The notes below the pieces were generated by a model. The model searched no databases and was not told the origin of the DNA. It was given only the letters and a program-made list of their open reading frames with translations. Of a DNA stretch of 64,000 nucleotides, positions 12,751 to 25,300 are shown in pieces. The number at the start of each line of letters is the position of its first letter. Position 1 is the stretch's first letter. The stretch lies in the NCBI GenBank assembly GCA_973895155.1, contig OZ316891.1, positions 8,557,875 to 8,621,874 of the forward strand, given 5' to 3'. The position numbers and the translations under genes were made by a program. Origin of the DNA: Marsupella aquatica. Taxonomy: Eukaryota > Plantae > Marchantiophyta.

Positions 12751-13386
12751 GCAGGTCCATTTGATAGAAATCCGCAACAATTCAAAGAAGGTAAGGACAT
12801 CTGCAAGCCATTTATGATTACCTCCAACGGGTATTTCTTTCGCCAGTGCTGTTACCGGAAATCAAGCCACTGAATTCTTTATTGGAGTTGGGTCCCTTTG
12901 ATGAGTAGAAGAAAAGCTTCATGACCTCTGGGCTAAATTCTTGTACATCTGCCCTTCAGAGTGTCATAAGAATTGAGTTGCCGAGGTTTCTACTGTAAAT
13001 TTCCGTTTAACTTTGTAGTGTTATTGGGGATAGCTTTAGACACCAGGGCATGATGGGACCTTTTCAGAACTCGGATGGAAGTTTTGCTTCTCTATGAAAG
13101 TAAGAAAACAAAAATATGTTTAGCTGTGCTGTTCCATACGAGTCTACATCCTGAAATAACTGAAATGAGTGTTCAGAGCATAACAAAAACAAGAAAGAAC
13201 CATCTCAGTGGACTGCAATGTTTGCAACGTTGAGCGTTACTTACGGCTTCACCATATCATGTTTCTTCGCATTCTGTTGAGTTTTTCACGGGGGGCCCAA
13301 TGAGAGCTCTTTGTAACCATCGATGTCAAACAGGCATGTCGCTGACGTGAGACCATTAGTGTCACCCAATTATTGGTCATTTTCCT

Positions 13387-13539
13387 GAAATAATGGACAA
13401 AGGAAGCTTCGTAGGTGGAGGAAAGTTGAGTAAAGGAGAAAAGTACTACCTTCTTTAATATAGAAATAATGGACAAAGGAAGCTTCGTAGGTGGAGGAAA
13501 GTTGAGTAAAGGAGAAAAGTACTACCTTCTTTAATATAG
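13387..13539 (+). repeat. ~76-bp tandem duplication (x2)
   Basis: gaaataatggacaaaggaagcttcgtagg...ctttaatatag repeated directly. Confidence 0.9.
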
Positions 13540-14283
13540 AGTGAGAAAATGAAAAGTGGAGTCAAATAAGGATACAGGCTTCTTGAACCAAAAAGGGGGT
13601 ATCAGACCTGCACTGCTACCTGACAAAATAGTACATAATGCTCCACCTACCCAAACTGTCTGAGGACGCCATGAGCTGGAGACTTTGCGTTGCATTAGTC
13701 GGACGGAGCAAGACTACTGTTATGCACGGGGCGGATGAAACAACTTCGCTTCTTTACTCCACTTATTGAAACAAATATTGTTCCGATCCTGAAAAGGACA
13801 GCCGATGCCAACTCTCACTCGGTACACTAATCCAAGGTGTGCCCCATGAGGTTCAACATACGCTATACTTAGCAGAGATTCCCACCGCAACACAAGTTGA
13901 ACAAACCCAAACGAAATAACCAGAACATGCCCGGGTACACCAACGAGTTGCAGGACATTTCGTTAAGCTCTGCTTATTAGTCTTAACTGATAAATCTCAT
14001 CAACCCGAAAATTTCCTTTACGGAAATTTGACGTCAAATCAAGTTAACCACTGGATTTCTTCATTACAGCTGAATGCAAAATGACTCATAAAAGAATTTT
14101 TTTCATGATGAAACAGAAGCTTGGTTCAGGAAGCTCTGATGAAACGCAACACTCATGTGCGTACGACAGAGGAGTAGTCCTGATTGACCAACCTATTGTA
14201 TCAGTGATCTATACGTACAAGCCTCTCAAATTCGTGGAGTTAATTTCCTAACCGTACTCCACTTTCTAGACATGCGCTCCTCG

Positions 14284-17200
14284 TCATCTTTGTAATGGGA
14301 GGAAAGAGTCCGTTTCCGCTTCACTGGGTGAAACATCATCTCCGCTTCCGGCAGCATTATCATCACCTCCACTAGGTACCGCTTCGTCTCCACTTGCCAA
14401 GGCTTCATCCCCACTTTGCCAAGGTTCATCTCCGCTTCGCATGGCTTCATCTTCACTTTGCACGGCCTCATCTCCACTTTGCCCAACTTCGTCTCCGCTT
14501 CGCACTCCCTCACCTCCACCAGGTGACGCACCTCCACTAGGTGAAGCTTCACTTCCACCTGCTGACGGTTCACCTCCACTCGGAGTCGCTTGGCCTCCAC
14601 TGGGAGAAGCTTCACTTGCGGCGGGAGATCCTTGACGTCCGCTTAATGTCCAGGGGGACAATCCACTCAATGAAGGTTCGCCTACACTGGGTGACGCATA
14701 TTCTTCACCAGGCGAAGCAAAACGTGGACTAGGTGAAACATAATCTGCACTCGGCGAAGCATAACCTCCACTTGGTGAAGCGTCTTCTAGGGCAACGTCA
14801 TCATTACTAACCTGAAAACCAACGCAATAAGCAATGAGCACGTGGCCAGGTAAAACCTTTAGGTGACAGTAGTCTCGGAGATAGCGAACTTAGAACTTCT
14901 GTGCCACATATGTTGACTTAACTGTAGGTTAGTGTACCCCAAACCCTTAACTGCAACCTTGGCAAGTTGATGTTGTGGATATATTACCTCAATTTCCTCA
15001 ATTTCCCACAGATTCTTGCAACTGGAGGCCAGAGAGATTGCAAGCTTCTGCAGTTGTTCCTTCCTTTGCATGAAACGAGCATGCACTATAGGTAGGTCCT
15101 TGAGCAACACCGTTCGCCTATATCATGGAACATATATTAGTCAACGCAGTCGTAAAACAGAGGAATTGCCTTCGGATTCCAAAAACATGATAAATACAAA
15201 TATGTCAAGACCCGTCGGAGATGTCTAAACTTCAAGAAATCCGAATGACGGAATCTCCTTGGATATGACATTGATATGCCAAAGCAAGTAACACAATCTA
15301 GTCCATTGGTCTGCAGAAATGAGCCGGACCCTGTTCTGAACGTTCTAGACATAAACATCAACTATCTTGAGACAAGAACGGACGCGTCAGGTTTTTAGAA
15401 AATTGCTTCCTTTGGGTTTATCGATCTTTAAGACGCACGGTAAAAGTCTCGGAAACTCACCAGAAGTTTGCAATGATTCTCTCGTCATTGCTACTTGGAC
15501 GAATAACCTTCTTTGAAGCTTTCTTGTTTCTAGACGGCGCCTCCTTGGGAACCAAGGTGTCCAGGTGAACCTCCTCACCAGCTTCACTCCTCCGCTTGAC
15601 GTCTCTGAACATCTTTGTTGTAACCTGAAATTTTCAAACAGTCACCTCAGTGAACTTACTGTCTAGATTACTTCAATCACAACCTGTAATGAAAACTACA
15701 ATTGAGATTTCAACATTACCTAGAAGGTAAAAACAGTTGACGACTTGTGATCATGTCTTCCCAATTTTCCCATTCAGTTAGAAGCCCCGACCTACTCCCA
15801 CGGTACTATACTAGAAGCGAATCCTACTACTCGTATTCTTCTAAACGTCGTTTGTCTCAAGTATCAGCGAAAATCTCAACCTCCATTTTCCCAACTTTTC
15901 GACTAGTTTCAAACTCTGAAATAAGCTTTTGCGAAAACAAGATATACCTGCACTGACTGAATCGCCTTCGACAATTTGTGGCCAGAAACCGGGGCCATGG
16001 TCACTTGCACATAGTCCTTGAACCATTCTCCCTCAAAGTCTGAATGCCCAAGGTCATGCTCCTCCTCCGGCCCTTTCTTTGTGGGCTTGATCTTGATTTT
16101 CTTCGTTCCTTGTTCGGGCGGCTGGACCTTGCTTCTCTTTTCCTTCGTTCTGCTTTAGCCAAAAATAAATGCCTTGTGTTAGCAAACCAAATGAACTTCA
16201 TCGTAAAGAATTCCTTAATAAAAGATCACCATCACCATACAAAACAACAGTAGCATAGATCACTAGGCCACAGAAGCACGAAGAATTGTTCAGGATTTCT
16301 GGGTTTGTAGAATCAAAAGGTAAGCCTAGACACTGTTTTTAACACACGACATACAACTCTAAAGGTTGAAGGGCAAAACCTGGGGGGCACATGCTTTTCC
16401 TCCGGGGGTATAACCTTTGGTCTCTGTATTTCTTCCTCTATGGGCTTGACCTTCAGTCCCTTTCCTCCTCTTGGGGTTCTGGTTTGCTGTGCCTTTGTTC
16501 TTTCCTCTGAGGACTTCATTTTCAGTCCTTTGAGTTCCTCCTGTGAGGGTTTCACAGTCAAGCTCTTGGCTCCTTCCTCAGAAAACTTGATCTTCGGTCT
16601 CTGCCTTTCTTGCTCCTCTGGGGGTTTGGCCCTAGATCTCTTTGCCTTCGGTCTTCATGTGCGAAGGACATACCAAACAACAAACTATTTTAGAACATTA
16701 CATTCAAAATGATTTTACCAGACGTAGACTTACTCCATACAGTACTTCACAAGTCTAGATCACCAACTGACTGTGGGACTCAAAACTCGCTTTCCGCATT
16801 ATGAGAAGTAGGTTAGATTGAGAATGTGAAGCAACAAGACTTCCACTTGAGTCAAATGACAGAACTTGAGGCTACAACCAATATAATCCTACTAAGTCAA
16901 GATTCCAAACCTGATAGGCGGGTCTATTTCTTCTTCTGGAAAAATATTGTCATGAGTCTTTCTTCGTGCCTCAGACAGCTTGTTCTGAGATTTCTTTGTT
17001 CCTCCATCAGTATGCTCATTCTCCAATCTCCTTGCTCCATCCTCAGATGCTTTGACCTTCAATCGCTTCGCTACTGTTTGCCTTTTCTCACACGCATTGC
17101 AAGGTACAACACAAACGCCAGAAATAAGAAAAGAGAATGTACCCACTCTGCTGCAGATAGAGATGATACTGACAATGGTTTGCATGAACGTAGCAAAGAA

Positions 17201-20030
17201 AGAAAAGGGTTAAGGCACACCGATGAACTACCTTACGGCAACGTCCTTGTTATCATCTATTGGCTTCATCTGCAATCGTTTTGACCCTTCTTCTCCTGGC
17301 CTAATCTCCGGCTTCTTTCTGCCATCCCCTGACGGCTTCCCTTTCAGTTTCTTTGCTAGTTCGCCTGATGCCTTCAATTGGGGCCCTTTCGTTCCTTCTT
17401 CTGACATTCTCATCTCCAATCTCTTTGCTGCCTCATCCGAAGGCTTCATCTGCAGACCCTTTACTCCTCCATCTGCCGATTTCATCTTCAGTTTCCTTGT
17501 TTCTTCCTGTAAAGCCTTCGATTGGTCTTTCTTTCTTCCCTCCTGTAAAGGCTTAATCTCTGGCCTCTTTACTCCTTCTGGGGACCTCATCTTCAATCTC
17601 TTTGTTTCTAACTCTGGCGCCTTAACCTTCAGCACTTTTGTTCGTTCCTCGGGCTGACCAGCCTTACTTCCTTTCGGTCTACACCAAAGATAAAAAGCCC
17701 ATGAAACTTAGACCACACAAATGGCAAGAAACCTAAGCATAACCATATTTTGGCTCTTGGAAAAAACTGGCATGGACGAAATTCCATCACAATTGAAAAC
17801 CATCTGATGAAAAACAGTTCGGGACAAATTCCCAGAAATTTTATAAAAACCTACATTTCGGCAGCAATGAGAAGTTAAAAGTAATAACAGTATAAAAGAA
17901 AAAATCAACTCGACTGCAAAGAGCACAATCCTAGCAAGTGCGCAACCTGATTGTAAAGTCGGTCGTTTCGCCGGTAGGCTTCATCTTCAGTCTAGTTGGT
18001 CCCTCTGATGGTTTACTTTTCAACTGCGCCGTCTCGATCTCTAGTGGCTTTACCTTTAGCCGCCTTGATCCTTCCTGGGGTGGTTTGTTGACCCTCTGCT
18101 TCTTCGCTTTCGGTCTATAATGGCAAATCATATATTACACACATAAACGTAAGGACAACACGAACACGACACATACTTCGACGATCGAACGCCTCATGAG
18201 ACAAAGTTTAGAAAGGAATGCAACAAAACAGCTCGAAACAATAATCACGAGGAGATTTGTGGCGACGGAGCTTAGGCTACAAGAAAATCGGGTAGCCTAC
18301 ACAGACATGCTAAGAGTCTACAAAGAGCGTGATATGATCAAAATGCTCGAACTGCAGGTGCCAACAACCTCATAGATGCGTCTCGAGCTTGGTCAGCTAC
18401 TTCCACAACGTCGTTCCAGTGCCTTTTCCTCAAGTCAGCATTCTCGACAGTCTTCTTAGAAGGGTGGAACACATTCTTAATGTAGCTTCCGTGACTATTT
18501 CGACCAGACGTCCCAAATCTGGAAAAGAACAAGGACTAATGTTGGAAAAAGACCATTTCACCTGATCGTTGAACGGCAATAGAGATCTACATCGCGTCCA
18601 AGTAGCCAAAATACAAAAACGGTTGCACCAACCTCTGAATTTGTGGGAGGAAGTCCTCCGGATCCTCGCTTTGCTCCCAGATTTCTTTCATAGTCTGCAA
18701 ATTTTGTACCATCCTGCGTGGGAAGATCTACTTCAGCCTCAAGTCATTTTCACTTCAATTTCAACCAAGGACAGGAAATTATTGGACAAACCTCGGCAGA
18801 ATGCTCGAGAACAGTAGTCGACAGTATCGAATCCACAAAATTTCATGAGTACGATGGAACGACAAGACCAAATCCCAAACGGAACTTCTCTTGCAACAAG
18901 TTCAAAAACGATATTTCCTCCAGCACACGTACGTACTTGCCATGATAACTCCTAAGGCGCTTGGAGTAGTCTTTCCGCTGCTCCTTGAGTTCCAATCGGT
19001 GATGCAGAATGGCATCGGGATGCATAGCTCCGGCGCACACAGCTTCTCCCCTGTGACAGCAAGTACAACTCCAATAAGGACGACAATTTGACGAGAACGG
19101 CAAAAGCCAAACGAAGCCTTCGTGGACGAGAAAATAGTATGGGAGCTGTCACACACAAGCCAAGCGATGGATCTAGTAGCTAGTGACTAACCATGTATCA
19201 AGAGGGTTTCCGAAATGAAGGTTTTCTCCGCTCAACAAGGCATCGACCGCAGACTCCGGATCGACGCCTTCTGGGAGATACATTGATAGTATCTCTCTCT
19301 CGGAATGCGTCAAGCAATTTTCCCATGTCTGCAATCGCCAAATCGGAGCCATGGCACTTTTCAAACAGGCTTACACAGCTTCATCTAACTTTCTCCTAAG
19401 AAGTCTAGCCAGATGACGCAGAACTGAAACTTAACTTAGCTAAAGCTGCGCCTAGATGGACTTAAGCTCCAACCGAGAGAAGCCAGGAAATCAGAGTTTA
19501 GAATAAAAAGTCAAAACACTACCAAAATGACAATGAATGACACAGAGAAACAAGCCGTCGTTCGAATGTGGAGTTCGCTGTGCATTAAAGTCCAAGGAAA
19601 GGTTGGCAAAGCATCCAACATAAGATTGGCATTCTTAATAGCTACATTTGCCACTCCATTCCCGGATACATCCACGATGAAATGACCGGAGAGACTTGGT
19701 ACAGCTAGAAGCCATCAATCCGCATTCAACCTATACTTCACGACCAAGGGGGCATCGGTGATTGGAAATCCATACCTCCGTGGAGAGGATGTCATTGAGA
19801 TTCGGAAGCTCTAGGAGCTCTTCAGGAATGGCAAAAGCATCGACAAGCGGGGAATGCGAATGAGAGCCAGAAGCCTTCATCCTCGAGTCTGCAGATGCCT
19901 GAGACCATGACATGCCAACCTGCGACCGCGGAGCCACAACTTTGTTTTGAGTGGAATCCCATTCCAATATCACGCGAGGCCGCCGTTCTGTGAAACATCT
20001 CAGTGACTCCGCCTGGCTAACCATCTCCAT
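14284..20030 (-). CDS. NFRKB-like (nuclear factor related to kappa-B-binding protein; DEUBAD-containing, INO80-associated) protein, ~13 coding exons
   Basis: Exons 20030-19776, 19328-19192, 19050-18937, 18713-18633, 18518-18369, 18114-17947, 17678-17232, ~17081-16911 (acceptor uncertain), 16652-16380, 16149-15948, 15624-15461, 15117-14988 and 14811-14284 splice in frame. N-terminus ILEWDSTQNKVVAPRSQVGMSW...LPNLNDILSTE-TWENCLTHSEREILSMYLPEGVD...LLSGENLHFGNP...WGEAVCAGAMHPD and later FWRTVLLKDLP match the plant AT5G13950-type NFRKB-like family as recalled. Confidence 0.85.
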
Positions 20031-20639
20031 GATCGATTGATTATCCTGTGACACACTCTCTCCCTCCCCCTTCCTGTCTAGTGATTCTGCCCGCCGCGAC
20101 GGGACGGGAAGCTCGCACCAAAACTATGTCGGCGACGCCCGAAGACGAAGAAAAAGAGCTTTGTCCGGCCCCCAGCCTTGTTGCAGACTTCGAAAAGGTG
20201 GCATGACATCCATAGGAACACGAGAACGACTCCACGACAGACGAGAAACGCGATCGATTCAGCACCACAAAATCTCGAGTACACCCATCAGAATCAGATT
20301 CACTGCTCCTGCCCTTGGTCGTTCATCACATCCCGCGCCCTTCTGCAACAGATACCATGGCTGCCCCAAGCCTCATACATCCAACCAAGCTCGGTCGGTC
20401 GAAGGCTCGCTCCCTTGCCTGTCTGCCTGCTTGCTTCCTCTGCTTCCTCTGCTTTCCCTTCCTATCGGCTCGCCTCAGCAACCCTAAGTAACTCCTCCTT
20501 CTCGAAAGGCACGACGATCTCGTGGCTCTTCCTCCACGCTCCATAAGCCTCCTCCTCAAGCGCTCCTCAGACGCTCCTCAAAGGCGCACGCACACATCTT
20601 CACTCCCGAACGGTCGAACAGCGCGGCGTGCTTCCCTAG

Positions 20640-22560
20640 AGAACAAACCCTCTCACGATGCTGTCATTTGCTCTGCAATCACGAATTGACTCTACAGAAG
20701 CAGCAGCTCCGCCTCGCCTTGCATCGCCTCGCAATCGCTAGTGCCGGCTGGTCTAGTCTGGTCCCGTCCGATCAGATGCGATTGGCGAGGGAGCGAGAGA
20801 CCACCACCCCACCCAGGTGGAAGGTCGCCAGCGATGGGATCGTTCAGGGAGGAAGCAGGGCGGGTAGGACAGAGCCCAGCCACCCAGGAACACGACCGTC
20901 CGTCTCCGTGAGGAGAAAGATGGCCCGAGGGAGAGAGGAAGGAAGGAAGGAAGGAAAGGATCGCATGCGGGTGCGGCAGCTTCGCTACCGAAAGGCTCCC
21001 ATCCCCTCCATTCCTCTCCCCTGTCTGTCCCTCACCTCACCTCACCTCGCCTCGCTCTCTCTCTCTCTCTCTCTACCTCTACCTCTACCTCTCTTCTTCT
21101 CATGGTGTGTTTTCTGCTGTCTCAGACTAGCTGCAGTCCAACGTGCGAGCAACAGCAAGCGAGCAGGAGCGAAGATTTGTCCGGTGTCCTCTGTCCACAT
21201 GGACACGATGACCACCACTGCGACTCCCTCGCTCACACATCCTCCTTACTTCTTTCCTTCTCTCCAGCAGCTGCGGCCAGTAGTAAGCAGCAGCAGCCTG
21301 CAGTAAGTCCGCCGGGCCGCTGAGCTGAGCAGCTTGCCTGCCCTACGTCGGTCGGTCGACGACGACGACGCCACCAAGCTGCTGCTGCTCCTCCTCCTCC
21401 TCCTGCTATCCTTCTTTCGCCGTCTTCTCCCTCTAATAACACCCCGCCTAGGAATCCTACTACAGCCATCACCACCACCACCACCACTACTCCCGGTGGA
21501 AGAAGCACCTTCCATCGCTCTTCCTTTTTTATCACTCGCCTCCTCCCTCCCTCCCACTACTCCCTTTTGCGCATGCATCCGGCCGTCGCACGCACGCATC
21601 AATCCGTCCCCCCTTTCTCATCATCGCAACTCAACTCAACTCAACTCAACTCCCACCCCCATCTACTTACTGTTGTAGGTCCTCGCCGCCTCGCCTCTAA
21701 ATAACCTTCCCTCCACTCCGCCTTCTTCTCCTCTCCGTTCCTTTCCTCTCCTTTCCTTTCCTTTCCTTTCCTTTCCTGTCATGCCATGCTCCAGACTCCA
21801 CACTCACCCAGGAGCATAATTCTTGTCTGCTGCTCTATTTCTCTCATTCATTCGTTCATTCGTTCATCGTCGTGTCTCTCTCTCTTTCTCGTCCCCTGTC
21901 TCATTACTCGCTCGCTCCATTATTACAGCATCTCACCAGGCATTAGTGCAACTCAGCCCAGCTTTCCGCCATTCTCTCTAGCAAGTTAGCAATTCCCCAA
22001 TTCGGTGATCGGTTCGAATTTCTTCAATCCTCTTCGACGGTGGCAGCGGAAAGGAAGGAAGGACGGATATAGTCAACCGCATTGCAGCGGTCAACTTCCT
22101 GGATCCAAGCTCCCAACCAATGCAGTCTGTTCCATTCCGGTCAATTCGTCATCGCCCATTCATCAATCATTACAGTGCTCCCCGCACCAGAGCCCATTGA
22201 TTCATATTCATTCATTTCTTTCGGAATCCCTCCGTCTGTCCCGTTCTGCTCTCGTCTGGGCGTGCCTGCCATTCGAGCTCCACGGCCGATGACTGATGAC
22301 TGACGACGACGACAGCGAAGAGCAGAATGGCAGGAAAAAAAAAAGCGAGCTCTCCGACGGAACTGCGATTTGTTTTTCTCCTCTCTTTCTCTCTTTCTTT
22401 CTTTCATTCATTCATTCATTCCCAGTTTCCCACGCTTTAAAAAGCTCCCCTGTTCCGGCATTTTCCCGGACGCAGACGCACCCGCGTTCCGTCCCCCGAG
22501 TACCAGAGAATACGGCAAAACGCCGGACGACATCTGACGTTCGGAGCGAGACTACCGTAC
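20640..22560. promoter_or_regulatory. CpG- and microsatellite-rich upstream region (putative promoter / non-coding transcript region)
   Basis: CpG-retaining island with (GGAA)n, (CT)n, (CCA)n, (AACTC)n, (TTTCC)n and (TTCA)n tracts. A TATA-like TCTAAATA at ~21696 is followed by a pyrimidine patch. No credible protein. Confidence 0.4.
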
Positions 22561-23135
22561 TGTATTATGATCCTGGTTTGGCGCCAAAAATGTAACAGAT
22601 TTGTTGGGGCTGACTAGTAAGTATTTTGGTATCATTTATGACAGTTTTAGAAAATTTTTGGCCGTGTCGATTTTTTATTATATTTTAAGCATGGTGGAGT
22701 AAATAGTGTCTTTTAAAAGTATGCGTTGTTTTTTAATTTATTAATTTATTTTTTACAAATTTACAAATTGAGGAAAGGAAAATTGGATTTTGGCCTTGAG
22801 ATATTTCTTTAAATGAAAAATAATTGATATTCTGCACAGGATGGCACTTGGAGGAATTCTGCACCCAAGTCGGCCACAAACAGCTTTGCTTTGCTCTGCT
22901 GAAAGCTTTTATCTATTGCCAAAACATAGCACTCTTTTTGATCCCTTTTCTCAGTTGAGACTTTCTCTCCTTTTCTCAAGAATAGAACTCTTTTTCATGA
23001 GTGGCCTCCGCCTACACCTAGGAGCACACTCCATAAGTGCAAAACCTGGCTTATTGCAAGGCAGACCACTCGTCCCTTGTTTTCCAATCACATGCATTTT
23101 CTGGTACTTTTTGTAAGTAGAAAGAGGTCTCCGCC

Positions 23136-23336
23136 AAGCAACAAATATAGAAGTGCCAAACCCTCTCTAGGTCCTATGTGGGACACCTATAAATAAATTT
23201 ATACACGTGAAATAGTAACTACCTGGGGCAACTAGTATGCTTCAAAAGCCTGTTGGAATCACTTGCACTCAATAGGTATTTTCGTATAAGCAACAAATAT
23301 AGAAGTGCCAAACTTCTCTAGATCCTCTGTGGGACA
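23136..23336 (+). repeat. ~50-bp direct repeat pair (23136-23186 and 23288-23337)
   Basis: aagcaacaaatatagaagtgccaaac..ctctag.tcct.tgtgggacac occurs twice. Confidence 0.85.
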
Positions 23337-23819
23337 CTCAGTCCTGCATAAGTGCAATTCCTACCTGCATAAGGGTAGAAATCTGAAATTACTACCTGGG
23401 GAACTTCCTTATTGCATATCTTTTATTGCGAAGAAAAGGGAACCCCACATGATCTGTTCACTATCATAGTAAACCAAAGCCTGTTTTCATGGTGTATGGC
23501 GGCTAGGAACCTGGAAAATGGAGCCATACAGAAAACTTTGATATCATTGAAGCTGATCAACACGATCACTTTCAATCCTAAATCCTTTCAATGTATAATG
23601 TGCCTCCTTATATATCTCCTAATTGCCCTCCAAATCACTTTCTAACTAGGAACCCATGCCAACCCAAACATTTCACTATAGGAGCACATGGGTAGTTCCT
23701 CTCCCCACTCTATGCACCTTTTTACAATAGCTAGCTTGGAAGTTTCACCCCAATTGCCCCCCAATCCATTTCTGAATGCTCTCCCATCTCTTGCTCAACC
23801 TCTTGTGTTTTCAGAAAAA

Positions 23820-25300
23820 GGGTTTAGGGTTTAGGGTTTTGATAGGCGTATTGCTTCCAGGATCCATAGTTGAAACAAAAATTGGAGACCGCAACAACCT
23901 ACTCTTACAGACACACCCTGAAAGCGTACATCAAGGATTGAAGGAAACGATCGACTGCCAAGGCGAGGTAGCAAGGGAATCACGGTAGGTGCAGGGACAG
24001 GCGTGGGGAGAGAGGAGCTTTGCACCTAAACGACTTCAATCAACTGGATTGCCTCTTAGCTCACGACTAAATCCTGTACACTCATCCAACTTCACAAAGC
24101 AGGACTTACTTTATGACTAATGGCAAATTAGAAGGTCTAATCCCAGGTTAGAGTTAATCTTGGTTGAAAGTCAGGACCTACTTTACGGATATCTTCCCCA
24201 CACACTTCCAAGGGGTCCACTGATACAATTGTGTATTTGTGATGGATGTACATGGCAATGGCTTAAGGGCAAGATGAGAGGGTGGAATCTTCCAACCCAA
24301 ACATGGGCCACAATGTCTCAACACCATTGTACCCCCATTGAGCAACTCAGTCGCATGTGGTTCTCCCTGATTTTCAGGTGATCTGGAGGAGCTGTTAGAT
24401 TCATCTATGGAAAGGTTGGTCCTCTCCTATTGTGAAACTTGATTATTAGTAAGTGCTCTATGCTAGGTTTTTCTCCAATTGGCTTGAGCTTAAGTGGGCT
24501 GAGAGTGATGGCATATGTATTGCTTGTCAAGATCAACTTGACACGACCAGAAATATGTTCTTTGACTGCCCACAACATAGGCCACGTTGGACTAAACTTA
24601 AACAAGGCTGCAGACTGCTCGGAGAAAATTGATACTCCTACTTGACCACTGAAGTGCAATACAATCCTGGCTTCCTCCTCCTCACTCATGAGATAGTTAG
24701 CAACATCTGAATTGAGAGACTACAATGCACATTTCAATCAGTTCTCTCTGCCCATGATTTTTGCAACCAATGATCAATATGCAAAGTCCAAGGAGCTTGA
24801 GCCGGATGTTAACTGAAGTCACTGAGATGACACAGCAAGCCACTATGTTTTGTAAAGAGACATTTCACCCATAAAACCATGGTTGGAATGGTGACTCATA
24901 GTGGCTTCATTTGTCATATCAGGTTAGTTTTACTCTTTGCCTTGTTGGAGACTTTTGCTGCAGTGGTCTAGGTGCATTGTGGTTTTACAAAAGAAAATGC
25001 AAAAAAGGGATCCAATCGCCAGAAGCCAAATAAAGGGTGGAAAACAAAGGAAATGCCCAGGAACACCAAAGAGCCAACAAGCCCAAGAGCCAAAGCCTTC
25101 CCCAACACCTGCAATAAAACTTTATAAACAACTACAGTACCAGGCAACAAACTGAAAAGCCTCATAGAGCCCTAGAGTGAACCCCACAGGAGGGTCCTGA
25201 AGAGGAATCTGGCCAGAGACCCTAAAACCAACCCCATCTGCTGGCCCAAGCCCAAGGATACTGAATGCCTGAGACTGCTCTCGAGTATGGTAAATTGAAC
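23820..25300 (-). mobile_element. Decayed LINE ORF1-like fragment (DUF4283/zinc-knuckle-like)
   Basis: Minus strand near 23900-23830 reads ...VRVGCCGL/NFCFNYGSWKQYAYQNP, a degenerate 'GLPxxCFxCGxxxHxxxxCP' knuckle. Upstream frames are broken. Boundaries are approximate. Confidence 0.35.

Noticed and set aside
14226-14615. Alternative-frame repeat ORF (VEVK/VEMR units)
   Set aside because: A by-product of the 21-bp repeat; the splice phase from exon 15117-14988 selects the SPSGG frame.
20668-21678. Several 100-212 aa ORFs
   Set aside because: Low-complexity translations of microsatellites on both strands.
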